Below are positions 11,601 to 20,917 of a DNA stretch of 64,000 nt, piece by piece. Within the stretch, counting starts at the first letter, position 1; every line of letters begins with the position of its first letter. The notes under the pieces were generated by a model. The model made no database searches. It was not told where the DNA came from and saw only the letters and a program-made list of their open reading frames with translations. The DNA comes from Candidatus Omnitrophota bacterium (lineage in GTDB: Bacteria; Omnitrophota; Gorgyraeia; Gygaellales; Profunditerraquicolaceae): positions 7,393 to 71,392 of the forward strand of contig JAQTQG010000005.1 of NCBI GenBank assembly GCA_028712375.1, read 5' to 3'. Made by a program: the position numbers and the translations under genes.

Positions 11601-12183
11601 AAATATCCAGCTGGATCACGCGGTAATTCTAGATTTGGTTAACCCTCAATCTACGGTGTTAGACTTAGGTTGCGGTAATGGGGATCTTTTGTACCTTTTG
11701 ATTAAAGAAAAAAAAGCCCGCGGCCAGGGAATTGAAATTGATGACCAGGCGATTTATAAGTGCGTAGCTAAAGGTTTGAATGTTTTTCATGGCGATGTGG
11801 ACAGCGGTTTAGCCGAATTTAATGACAAATCTTTTGATTACGTTATACTTAATCAAAGCATGCAGCAAATCTTGCATGTGGATAAGGTTTTATCCGATGC
11901 TCTTCGTGTGGGCAAAAAAGTGATCGTCGGTTTTCCGAACTTTGCGTATTATAAATCAAGGCTGCAGATATTTTTCCGGGGTAAATCCCCGGTTACTGAA
12001 TCTTTGCCGTATCAGTGGTATGAGACGCCGAACCTGCATTTTTTAAGTATTCTTGATTTTAAAAAATACTGCCGCACGAAGAATATCACTATCGAACGCC
12101 AGGTTTGTATCGGAGAAAAACACCAGATACCTTTTCTGCGCAATTTATTCGCGCAAGTCGGCATCTTTTTAATATCAAAATAA
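11584..12183 (+). CDS. metW: methionine biosynthesis protein MetW (methyltransferase-like)
   Basis: [15 protein letters not shown]-fold motif; position directly after metX is the canonical metXW arrangement. Confidence 0.75.
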   Translation: MNMARKNIQLDHAVILDLVNPQSTVLDLGCGNGDLLYLLIKEKKARGQGIEIDDQAIYKCVAKGLNVFHGDVDSGLAEFNDKSFDYVILNQSMQQILHVDKVLSDALRVGKKVIVGFPNFAYYKSRLQIFFRGKSPVTESLPYQWYETPNLHFLSILDFKKYCRTKNITIERQVCIGEKHQIPFLRNLFAQVGIFLISK

Positions 12184-12194
12184 GGGAGGCGGGT

Positions 12195-12374
12195 ATGCCA
12201 TATATCAATCTTAAATTAGTAGGCAAGCTTAATAAGGAACAGAAAGAAAAAATCGCTAAAGAATTTTCCGATACGTTGTTAAAGGTAGCCGGAAAACCCA
12301 AAGACAGCCTTTATTTGGTTATTGATGAAGTGGCGGGTGAAAATTGGGCTAAAGGTGATAAATTTTTTGGCTAA
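12195..12374 (+). CDS. tautomerase family protein (4-oxalocrotonate tautomerase-like, Pro1)
   Basis: 59 aa starting MPYINLKLVGKLNKEQKEKI; Pro after the initiator Met and the beta-alpha-beta length match 4-OT; strong SD GGGAGG; the ORF-track upstream extension overlaps metW and is unlikely. Confidence 0.5.
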   Translation: MPYINLKLVGKLNKEQKEKIAKEFSDTLLKVAGKPKDSLYLVIDEVAGENWAKGDKFFG

Positions 12375-12463
12375 GTTTAAAATATCCGGATAATGATGAG
12401 GACGGCAAAATTATATATATTGTAACTGATTTATTTGCTTGTCTATGGTAGGATAAGTTCGAT

Positions 12464-13732
12464 ATGAAATTTAAAAAACTATTTTTTAGTGTTTTTATCC
12501 TGTTGGTGATATTAATTAATTTTGAGCATGCGCATTCTTCCGAATCCCTGTTATTAAATTCTCTTGTTGACGAAGCCCTAAAGAATAACCCGCAAATTCA
12601 AGCTGCTAAATACCGTTATGAAGCTGCTAAGGCTAGGGTGAAGTTGCTTCGTACTCTTAGTGATCCAAAGTTCGAATATGAGTATGATAAAATAACTGCG
12701 GGCATGGATAATCTGATGAATAATAATACAAAACCCATGCGTACCTTTGCTATTTCGCAGGAGTTCCCCTTTCCCTCTAAACTTTTTTTACGTAAGCAAG
12801 CCGCACAGAAAGAAGCTAATGCTTATGAGCAGGAGTATAAGGAAACCGAGCGCAAGGTTATAAAAGACGTAAAGGATGCTTATTTTCAATTATTCCTAAA
12901 TGATAATAAAATTAGGCTCACGCAAGAGAATCTAAATTTACTTTTGCAATTTATCGAGATTACGAATAAAAAATATTCGGTAAATAAAGCCAGCCAGCAG
13001 GATTCTTTAAAAGCGCAGGTAGAGCATTCAAAATTATCCAACCAACTCGTATTGTTAGAACAGGAAAAGAAGATTGCCCGGAGTATGTTGAATTCCCTTC
13101 TTAATCGTTCGCAGGAGGAAGATATCGGTAACATAGAAGAGGCGAGTAATAAGGTTTTAGAGTTAGACGAGCAAGTAATACTTAAGTCAGCGAAAGAGAG
13201 CCGTCCGGAGTTAAAGTCGTTTCAGGAGATGGTCAGGAAATCTGAGATAGATTACTCGTTGAGTAAGCAGGAATATTTGCCCGATTTTATGATTAAATAT
13301 AAAAGAGAGAGTAATAGCAATCCTGGTTCTTGGGCGGCGATGTTGGGGGTTACTGTTCCGTTATGGTTTTGGGAAAAACAAGATTCTTTTGTTAAAGAAG
13401 CTCAGGCTAATGTCGGGGTAGTAAAGGCAGAGTATCAAGCTCAGGAGAATATGGTTTTATTTGAAGTCCGCAGCTCCTACGCCAGGTTTGATGCTGCTAA
13501 AAAATTAGTCAAAATTTATGAAACTGGTGTTTTACCTCAAGCGCAGGCTGCGCTAGATACTGCGCGGCGCGGCTATGAAACAGATCTTTTGAGTTTTCTT
13601 GACTTGTTGGATTCTGTGCGCACTTTACGGGAATTCCAGATGGAGTATTTTGAGTCGTTGGCCAATTTAGAGATTGCTTTAGCGGATTTAGAGCGGTCTG
13701 TTGGTATTGGCTTAAGTGAGGTGAAAAAATGA
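12464..13732 (+). CDS. outer membrane efflux protein (TolC/CzcC family) of a heavy-metal RND system
   Basis: Signal peptide, 422 aa, coiled-coil/beta-barrel OEP organisation, immediately followed by the MFP and RND genes. Confidence 0.7.
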   Translation: MKFKKLFFSVFILLVILINFEHAHSSESLLLNSLVDEALKNNPQIQAAKYRYEAAKARVKLLRTLSDPKFEYEYDKITAGMDNLMNNNTKPMRTFAISQEFPFPSKLFLRKQAAQKEANAYEQEYKETERKVIKDVKDAYFQLFLNDNKIRLTQENLNLLLQFIEITNKKYSVNKASQQDSLKAQVEHSKLSNQLVLLEQEKKIARSMLNSLLNRSQEEDIGNIEEASNKVLELDEQVILKSAKESRPELKSFQEMVRKSEIDYSLSKQEYLPDFMIKYKRESNSNPGSWAAMLGVTVPLWFWEKQDSFVKEAQANVGVVKAEYQAQENMVLFEVRSSYARFDAAKKLVKIYETGVLPQAQAALDTARRGYETDLLSFLDLLDSVRTLREFQMEYFESLANLEIALADLERSVGIGLSEVKK

Positions 13733-14862
13733 AAAGCTCATTAAGAAGGCTGATACTGGTAAGCATGATTTGTTTTTTGGCGGCAGGTAATTTTTTGCTA
13801 TTTATGCCTATTGCTAATGCCGCAAATGTAAAAAATGATAAAAAGATCAAATATTATCGTAACCCTATGAATCCGTTAATCACTTCGCCGACTTTTATGA
13901 AGGATTCGATGGGGATGGATTATATTGCTGTATATGAAGATGAGGAGAAGCCGTCTGCGCAAACAGTTAAAATCTCTAAAGATAAGCAGGAGCTTATTGG
14001 TGTTAAGGCTGAAGCGGTAGTAAAAAGGCCGTTAATGCGCATGATCCGCACGGTAGCTAAAATTGCTTATGACCCGGATTTATATGTGGCCCAGGAGGAA
14101 TATATTCAGTCCCTAAAAACCGCGGAGGCTACGAAAAACAGTGCGCTGGTTTCTGTTTCGGCGCAATCAAACTCTCTTGTTGAGGCATCTAAACTTAAAC
14201 TGAAATTATTGGGTTTGAGTGACAAGCAGGTCGAAGAATTAAAAACTAAATCAGGCCCTGACCGCGGGCTGATCATTTCCGATTCACTTGCGCCTTACGC
14301 TTGGGCATACCTGACAATATATGAATATGACCTTGATGCTATTAAAATTGGTGATCATGTTGCCCTGAAAGTAAACGCTTATCCGGAGGATGAATTCCAG
14401 GGGGAAGTATCCTCGATTGATCCGGTTCTGGATATGAATACACGCAGCGTCCGTGGCCGCGTAAAGATAGATAATCCACAAGGGAAGCTTAAACCCAATA
14501 TGTACGCAGATGCCTTTTTGCATATTGATTTAGGGGAGAATTTGGCTTTACCTAAAGAAGCGGTCTTAGATACAGGGATAAAAAAGATTGTTTATGTAGA
14601 TTTAGGTGGGGGGGGATTCGCGGCGCGTGAGGTAGCAGTCGGACAAGAGGTAATCGCGGTGGTTGATGGGCAAGAGCGTAAATTTTACCCGGTAATTAAA
14701 GGCCTTAAAGAGAATGAAGTTGTGGTGACTAGCGGTAACTTTCTCATAGACTCACAGAGTCAGCTTACTGGAGGCATCTCTGCTTTGTGGGGTAGCGCCA
14801 GTGAAATAAAACAAGAAGTAACCGGTGAAACCGGAGAAGTTAAGACGCAGCATAAGCATTGA
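13729..14862 (+). CDS. efflux RND periplasmic adaptor (membrane fusion protein, CusB/CzcB-like)
   Basis: ATGA overlap; N-terminal signal/TM; YYRNPMNPLITSPTFMKDSMGMDYIAV resembles the CusB-type N-terminal metal-binding region; beta-barrel/lipoyl MFP layout. Confidence 0.75.
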   Translation: MKSSLRRLILVSMICFLAAGNFLLFMPIANAANVKNDKKIKYYRNPMNPLITSPTFMKDSMGMDYIAVYEDEEKPSAQTVKISKDKQELIGVKAEAVVKRPLMRMIRTVAKIAYDPDLYVAQEEYIQSLKTAEATKNSALVSVSAQSNSLVEASKLKLKLLGLSDKQVEELKTKSGPDRGLIISDSLAPYAWAYLTIYEYDLDAIKIGDHVALKVNAYPEDEFQGEVSSIDPVLDMNTRSVRGRVKIDNPQGKLKPNMYADAFLHIDLGENLALPKEAVLDTGIKKIVYVDLGGGGFAAREVAVGQEVIAVVDGQERKFYPVIKGLKENEVVVTSGNFLIDSQSQLTGGISALWGSASEIKQEVTGETGEVKTQHKH

Positions 14863-14881
14863 GATAGAAAAGGAATAACGT

Positions 14882-17800
14882 ATGATAAATAAGCTGATAA
14901 ATTATTGCTTGAAGACGCCGTTTGTAGTGGTTGTCGTTTACATCTGCCTGTTTTTCTGGGGGCTCTGGGCGATGACTAATATTCCGGTTGACGCCATTCC
15001 GGATATCGGTGAAAAACAGGTGATTGTTTATACGGAATGGCCTGGCCGCTCTGCTAAAGACGTAGAAGATCAAGTTACCTACCCGCTTTCGGTGTCTTTG
15101 CGCGGTGTCCCAGGAGTAAAAACTATTCGTGCTTCTTCGGCTTTTGGTTTTTCCGAAGTTTACCTTATTTTCAAAGACAATGTGGATTATTATTGGGCGC
15201 GTTCACGGGTATTAGAAAAATTAAATCTTGCTGCCGGGCGTTTGCCTGCGGGCGTTGTTCCGGTTTTAGGCCCGGATGCAACCGGCTTGGGCCAGGTTTT
15301 TTGGTATACGGTTGAAGGTAAGGGCTATAGTATAGATAAATTAAGAAGCCTGCAGGATTGGTTTATTCGTTATCAGCTTAATTCAGTGGATGGGGTTTCC
15401 GAAGTTGCTTCTATCGGAGGTTTTGTCAAGCAATACCAGATCGATATTGACCCTAACAAGATGCTTGCTTATAACGTTCATTTAGGCCAGATAATGGAAG
15501 CAGTTAAGAAATCCAATGTTGATGTGGGGGCTAAAGTTATTGAGAATAATGCCATGGAATATATTATCCGCGGCTTGGGATTTATTAAGTCACTTGATGA
15601 TCTTAATAATATAGTTGTAGGCGGAACAGATGGAAGTCCGATTTACGTAAAAAATATTGCCACGGTCAAACTGGGGCCGGAATTCAGGCGTGGCGCACTG
15701 GATAAGGATGGGCAAGAGGCAGTGGGCGGCGTAGTCATTATGCGTTACGGTGAGAACGCGATGCAGGTTATTCATCGCGTAAAAGAGGCGATAAAAGAAT
15801 TGGAAAAGGGCTTGCCTGCCGGCGTAAAGATCGTGCCTTTTTACGACCGCACTGATCTTATTCACCGTACTATTGGCACCTTAAAGGAGGCATTGGTTCT
15901 GGAGATAATAATTACTATGGCAGTGGTTGTGCCGTTTCTGGCGCATTTCTGGGCGGGGATAATGATCTGTTTGACCCTGCCATTTTCCGTGTTAATGGCT
16001 TTTATTGTTATGTATTACCTTAAGATAGATTCTAATATTATGTCTTTATCCGGGATCGCTATTGCTATTGGCACGTTGGTGGATATGGGCATTGTCATGA
16101 CTGAAAATGCTTATCGTAATCTGATTACTTATGCTGATGATATTAAAAAGGGAATAAAAACACGTTTGGAGGTTGTGTTTAATGCTGCCAGCGAGGTGGG
16201 TTCAGCAGTGATAACCGCAGTTCTGACTACAGTAGTATCTTTTTTGGCAATATTTGCTTTAGAAGCGCAGGAAGGAAAACTTTTTAAACCTTTAGCATAT
16301 ACTAAGACTTTTGTTTTGCTTGCTTCTGTAGTAGTAGCCTTAACTTTAATCCCCGTGTTAAGCATGTATTTCTTGAAAGGTAAATTACGTTCGCCCGAAG
16401 AAAATCCTTTGGTTAAGATGTTGCAGCGTAATTATGAAAAAATTTTACGCTGGGTCTTGGATCATCGTGTTGTTTTTCTGATTATTCCAGCGGTTATCTT
16501 CATAGCTAGCCTGAGCTTTATTCTGCCTAAAGATGTTATTTCTTTAAGTATCTTTGTTGCGATTGTTTTGGCAGTGCTGATTTTAATTCTTCCTAAAAGA
16601 ATAAAATCGTTCCTAATTATATTATTAATTACAACTCTAAGTTTAGCCTGGTTTTGGTTTAGCCCGCGCATCGGCCGGGAGTTTATGCCCGCCCTTGATG
16701 AAGGCTCTATCCTTTTTATGCCGGTAATGCGTCCATCTGTATCTTTAACCGAGGCGGTAAGGGTGATTCAGATACAGGATAAAATTATTAGTTCTTTTCC
16801 GGAAGTAGAAATGGTTGTGGGCAAGGTTGGCCGGGCAGAATCAGCCACAGATCCGGCTCCGGTAGAAATGTTTGAAACTATTGTAACCTTAAAACCTAAG
16901 AATCAGTGGCGCAAGGGCCTGACTAAAGATAAGCTTCTCAGACAGATGGATGCGGCTTTACAAATTCCCGGTGTCTCTAATATCTGGACACAGCCGATTG
17001 TAAACCGTATTGATATGTTAGCTACTGGTATCAGGACTTCGGTAGGTGTTAAGGTTTTTGGCCCGGATTTAAATAAAATCGAAGAGATTGCAGCGGAAGT
17101 TGAAAAATTAGTTAAAACTGTCCCCGGAGCGGTTGATTTGTATTCCGAGAAAATAGTCGGAAAGCCTTATATTGAATTTAAGATTAAAAGAGAAGAGTTG
17201 GCGCGTTATGGAATTTCTATCCGGGATGTTCAGGATGTAATAGAGATGGCTATTGGAGGAGAGAACCTGACGACTACGGTTGAAGGCAGGGAGCGTTATC
17301 CGGTGCGCGTGCGCTACGGCCGGGAATTACGCGATAATATTGACGCACTCAGGCGCGTGCTTGTTTCTACCAAATCCGGCGCGCAGATCTCTATTAGCCA
17401 ATTAGTGGATATTTACTTTGTTACCGGCCCGGCAATGATTAATTCGGAGAACGGGCTCTTGCGCGCTTATGTATTAATGAACGTGCGCGGCAGGGATATG
17501 GTTGGTTTTGTAGAGGAAGCTTCCAAGAAAGTTTCCAAGGAGGTAAAGTTACCCGCGGGTTATTTTTTGCAGTGGTCAGGCCAATTTGAGAATCAGGTGC
17601 GCTCTAAGAATAAGATCGCCATGCTTCTGCCCATAAGCCTTCTAATTAATTTTATGCTTATCTATATGAACTTTCGTTCAATTATAAAATCGGTTTTTAT
17701 TTTTACCGCTGTTCCGGTAACTTTAGCGGGAGGGATCTGGTTCTTGGCTTTTTCCGGATTTAACTTTTCCGTGGCAGTCTGGGTGGGTTTTATCGCGCTC

Positions 17801-18133
17801 TTTGGAGTTGCGGTTGATGACGGGGTATTAATTACTACTTATCTTGATGATGTCTTCAGGGAGCGCAAGGATAAAATCAAGACGCGTAAGGATGTAGTTG
17901 AGGCTACGGTCTTGGCGGGGTTGGGCAGAATTAGGCCGGCGTTCTTAACTACTATAACTACTATAGTGGCGCTTTTGCCGATTATGTTTCTAAAAGGAAC
18001 AGGTGCGGAGATAATGCAGCCGATGGCAATACCTTTAATAGGCGGGATGGTTATTGAAATGGTTACCTGGTTTATTGTGCCTACGCTTTATTCTTGGAGA
18101 GAAGAGAGAAAGTTGATTAAGCAAAAAAGTTGA
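14882..18133 (+). CDS. heavy-metal efflux RND transporter permease (CzcA/CusA family)
   Basis: 1083 aa, 12-TM AcrB/CzcA architecture, typical N-terminus MINKLINYCLKTPFVVVVV, conserved VDDGVL motif. Confidence 0.85.
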   Translation: MINKLINYCLKTPFVVVVVYICLFFWGLWAMTNIPVDAIPDIGEKQVIVYTEWPGRSAKDVEDQVTYPLSVSLRGVPGVKTIRASSAFGFSEVYLIFKDNVDYYWARSRVLEKLNLAAGRLPAGVVPVLGPDATGLGQVFWYTVEGKGYSIDKLRSLQDWFIRYQLNSVDGVSEVASIGGFVKQYQIDIDPNKMLAYNVHLGQIMEAVKKSNVDVGAKVIENNAMEYIIRGLGFIKSLDDLNNIVVGGTDGSPIYVKNIATVKLGPEFRRGALDKDGQEAVGGVVIMRYGENAMQVIHRVKEAIKELEKGLPAGVKIVPFYDRTDLIHRTIGTLKEALVLEIIITMAVVVPFLAHFWAGIMICLTLPFSVLMAFIVMYYLKIDSNIMSLSGIAIAIGTLVDMGIVMTENAYRNLITYADDIKKGIKTRLEVVFNAASEVGSAVITAVLTTVVSFLAIFALEAQEGKLFKPLAYTKTFVLLASVVVALTLIPVLSMYFLKGKLRSPEENPLVKMLQRNYEKILRWVLDHRVVFLIIPAVIFIASLSFILPKDVISLSIFVAIVLAVLILILPKRIKSFLIILLITTLSLAWFWFSPRIGREFMPALDEGSILFMPVMRPSVSLTEAVRVIQIQDKIISSFPEVEMVVGKVGRAESATDPAPVEMFETIVTLKPKNQWRKGLTKDKLLRQMDAALQIPGVSNIWTQPIVNRIDMLATGIRTSVGVKVFGPDLNKIEEIAAEVEKLVKTVPGAVDLYSEKIVGKPYIEFKIKREELARYGISIRDVQDVIEMAIGGENLTTTVEGRERYPVRVRYGRELRDNIDALRRVLVSTKSGAQISISQLVDIYFVTGPAMINSENGLLRAYVLMNVRGRDMVGFVEEASKKVSKEVKLPAGYFLQWSGQFENQVRSKNKIAMLLPISLLINFMLIYMNFRSIIKSVFIFTAVPVTLAGGIWFLAFSGFNFSVAVWVGFIALFGVAVDDGVLITTYLDDVFRERKDKIKTRKDVVEATVLAGLGRIRPAFLTTITTIVALLPIMFLKGTGAEIMQPMAIPLIGGMVIEMVTWFIVPTLYSWREERKLIKQKS

Positions 18134-18145
18134 AAGGGAGGCAGG

Positions 18146-18463
18146 ATGCTAAAAGGTTTGTTTGTGGCATTAATTTCAGCGGCGTTTATTTTTGGGATAG
18201 GTAAATTATCTTTTGCGCAGCATGATCAGTTAGGGCACGAGCATGGAACTAGTTCTGCCGCGGCCGATGCTGTTTCTAAGGAGTCTGTAAATGCGGGTAA
18301 TAAAATTTGCCCGGTTTCTGGCGACCAGATTAACGAAGCAACCAAGGCTGCCTATGAATACAAAGGAAAAATCTATAATTTATGTTGCGCAGGCTGTATT
18401 GAGGAATTCAAAAATAATCCTGAAAAATATATTCAAATAATTGAAGAAGAAAAAAAGAAATAA
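18146..18463 (+). CDS. secreted YHS-domain metal-binding protein with His-rich segment
   Basis: Signal peptide; HDQLGHEHG His-rich segment; CPVSG...YEYKGKIYNLCCAGCIEEFKNNPEKY matches the YHS domain pattern. Confidence 0.6.
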   Translation: MLKGLFVALISAAFIFGIGKLSFAQHDQLGHEHGTSSAAADAVSKESVNAGNKICPVSGDQINEATKAAYEYKGKIYNLCCAGCIEEFKNNPEKYIQIIEEEKKK

Positions 18464-18696
18464 TGAAAAAAATATCTTTAGTACAGATTAAGCCGGAAGA
18501 AAAAGTAAATATCCTGGAGATTTTGGGCGGGTCTAACCTGGAAAGCAAGCTCCTTAGTATGGGGGTTTACAAAGGTAAACAGATCACCAAGCTTAGCCAT
18601 ATCGGGTTAAGGGGGCCGGTGGTAATTAAGTCGGGTAGGAGTATTTTGGCTTTAGGCCATGGCGTAGCTGAGAAAATAATTGTTGAGAGAGAATGA
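18463..18696 (+). CDS. feoA: ferrous iron transport protein A
   Basis: 77 aa SH3-like FeoA; TAATG overlap with the upstream gene; precedes feoB. Confidence 0.7.
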   Translation: MKKISLVQIKPEEKVNILEILGGSNLESKLLSMGVYKGKQITKLSHIGLRGPVVIKSGRSILALGHGVAEKIIVERE

Positions 18697-20423
18697 TAAA
18701 AAAAATCTATTTAATCGGTAATCCAAATGTCGGCAAAAGCGTAGTATTTTCGCGGCTTACCGGCGTGCAGGTGATTTCTTCTAATTATCCCGGAACTACT
18801 GTTGAAATAGCCAAGGGGTACTTGACTTTGGCTGATCAAAAGGTGGAAGTAGTGGACTTGCCGGGGACATATTCTTTAGACCCTACCTCGGCAGCTGAAG
18901 AAGTGGCCGTATCTTTGTTAAAAGAACTTCCCAGAGAAGAAATCGCGGTAATTAATATTATTGATTCTACTAATTTGGAAAGAAACCTGCTTTTAACTAT
19001 TCAGCTGATTGAAGAAGGTTATCCTGTTGTGGTTTGTATGAATATGTGCGATGACGCCGGTCACCGGGGAGTGCATATAAATTTTACTAAATTAGAGGAA
19101 CTCCTGAAGGTCCCGGTGATTTCGACTTGCGCTTTAACCGGCATGGGAATCAAGTTGTTAACGGAAAGAATTAAAGAGGCGGTATCGGCCCCTAAGCCCA
19201 AAATTACTCATCAGCAGCGCTGGCTGGAGATTGGAAAAATTATTGAGCAAGTTCAGCGCCTGGAGCACCGGCATCATACTTTTCGGGAAATCATGGAAGA
19301 TGCGTCAGTCCGCCCGGTAACCGGATTAATGATGGCCGGGGCAATTATTTATGCCGCTTTCAAATTTGTGCGTTTTGTCGGCGAAGGAATAATCGCCCAT
19401 ATTACTGACCCGGTTTTTATTAATATTTATCAGCCGCTGCTTGAGAAGCTTTCTTCTTATTGGCAGGAGAAAGGTTTCTGGTTCCATTTATTGATCGGCG
19501 ATTTGATCGATGGGAAGATAGATTTTAAGCAATCACTGGGGGTTTTAACCACTGCTCCGTATATTGAATTCGGAATGGTTTTGCCCTATGTGGTATCTTT
19601 TTATTTTATTTTAAGTTTGCTTGAGGATATCGGATATTTACCTCGGCTGGCTGTATTGCTGGATAATCTTTTACACCGTTTAGGCTTGCATGGGTATGCG
19701 GTAATTCCCGTACTTTTGGGTTTTGGCTGCAATGTCCCCGGGATTATGGCTACCCGTGTTTTAGAATCAAAGCGTGAGCGGTTTATTGCCTCTACAATTA
19801 TCTCCATAGGTGTTCCTTGCGTTCCTTTGCAGGCGATGATTTTTGGTTTATTGGGTAAATTCGGCGGGTTCTATGTGGGCGGTGTGTATCTGGTTTTATT
19901 TTCTTTGGTTATTATTTTGGGGATAATTATGAACCGGACCTTAACCGGTTATAGCCCGGAGTTCCTTTTAGAAATTCCCCCATACAGGTTCCCGCCGCTG
20001 CTTATGCTTTGGAAGAAACTTTATTTTCGCATAAAAGGATTTTTGGTGGAAGCGATGCCGGTGGTTTTATTAGGCGTATGTTTTATTAATATCCTGCTTT
20101 ATTTTAAGTTGTTTGATTTTGTAACCGCAATTTTTGCGCCGGTCGTTCAAGGTTTGTTTGGGCTGCCTAAAGAAGCGGTAGTGGCTTTAGCAATTGGTTT
20201 TTTAAGAAAAGATGTGGCGGTGGGGATGTTAATGCCTCTTGGCTTAAGCGCCAATCAATTGTTTATTGGGGCTACGCTGTTGGCGATATCTTTTCCCTGT
20301 GTTGCCAGTTTTGTGGTTTTAGGTAAAGAATTGGGATGGAAGGGTTTGATTAAATCTACATCAGTTATGATTGGAATCAGCCTTATTGTGGGGACAATGT
20401 TGAATTTTTTTATATTGCGTTAG
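18693..20423 (+). CDS. feoB: ferrous iron transport protein B
   Basis: N-terminal G-domain IYLIGNPNVGKSVVFSRLTG, DLPGTYSL, then a polytopic membrane domain with gate motifs. Confidence 0.9.
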   Translation: MIKKIYLIGNPNVGKSVVFSRLTGVQVISSNYPGTTVEIAKGYLTLADQKVEVVDLPGTYSLDPTSAAEEVAVSLLKELPREEIAVINIIDSTNLERNLLLTIQLIEEGYPVVVCMNMCDDAGHRGVHINFTKLEELLKVPVISTCALTGMGIKLLTERIKEAVSAPKPKITHQQRWLEIGKIIEQVQRLEHRHHTFREIMEDASVRPVTGLMMAGAIIYAAFKFVRFVGEGIIAHITDPVFINIYQPLLEKLSSYWQEKGFWFHLLIGDLIDGKIDFKQSLGVLTTAPYIEFGMVLPYVVSFYFILSLLEDIGYLPRLAVLLDNLLHRLGLHGYAVIPVLLGFGCNVPGIMATRVLESKRERFIASTIISIGVPCVPLQAMIFGLLGKFGGFYVGGVYLVLFSLVIILGIIMNRTLTGYSPEFLLEIPPYRFPPLLMLWKKLYFRIKGFLVEAMPVVLLGVCFINILLYFKLFDFVTAIFAPVVQGLFGLPKEAVVALAIGFLRKDVAVGMLMPLGLSANQLFIGATLLAISFPCVASFVVLGKELGWKGLIKSTSVMIGISLIVGTMLNFFILR

Positions 20424-20436
20424 TTTTGGCTATTTG

Positions 20437-20493
20437 AAGGGGGCGGTTCTCTTTGTTGGTTTATCGATGAAAAGAGAAACGCCCCTTTTTATT
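20437..20493 (+). terminator. rho-independent terminator after feoB
   Basis: GGGGGCGGTTCTCTTT...AAAGAGAAACGCCCC stem followed by TTTTTATTT. Confidence 0.6.
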
Positions 20494-20605
20494 TGTTAGA
20501 TTTTTCTGCCTTTTTACGTCTATCATAGCAGAGTCTTTAGATAGTGGAATAAGACTTGACTTTAGATTGTATTAGTAGGAAGATATGCGTAATAAAGGAG
20601 GGATT

Positions 20606-20791
20606 ATGGGCAAGGTATTGTTTCTAACAGTTGCTATGTTGTTTGTATTTGTAGCGCAGGGGTTCTGCGAAATTAAGTATATAGGTGGATACACTAAAAC
20701 GGATGGCACATATGTTTCTGGACATTTTAAGGATACATCTGGTGATGGTGTGAAGTGGAATAACGCTAATGAGTTAGGTTATAATAAATAA
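20606..20791 (+). CDS. small secreted protein (signal peptide plus ~40-aa mature peptide), function unknown
   Basis: MGKVLFLTVAMLFVFVAQGFC signal peptide; SD AAAGGAGGG 7 nt upstream; own terminator downstream. Confidence 0.45.
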   Translation: MGKVLFLTVAMLFVFVAQGFCEIKYIGGYTKTDGTYVSGHFKDTSGDGVKWNNANELGYNK

Positions 20792-20821
20792 AGAACTATC
20801 TGCTTAGTTGTAATCATTTTT

Positions 20822-20855
20822 AAGGGCTGAACTTCATTGTTCAGCCCTTTTTTGT
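20822..20855 (+). terminator. rho-independent terminator after the small secreted protein gene
   Basis: AGGGCTGAAC-ttcattg-TTCAGCCCT followed by TTTTTTG. Confidence 0.75.
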
Positions 20856-20917
20856 TCATAAAAATAATTGGTTAGATTTTTCTGCCTCTTGCGTCAATTG
20901 TTGTAGGAGGTGGCAAA

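Noticed and set aside
12105-12194. Upstream 30-codon extension of the tautomerase ORF
   Set aside because: The extension overlaps metW and lacks an SD. A strong GGGAGG SD precedes the internal ATG at 12195, which yields the canonical Pro1 N-terminus.
20494-20896. Sigma-54 (-24 GG / -12 GC) reading of the repeated CTGCCT...CGTC motif
   Set aside because: The spacing and bases do not fit TGGCAC-N5-TTGC, and the first copy has no GG at -24.
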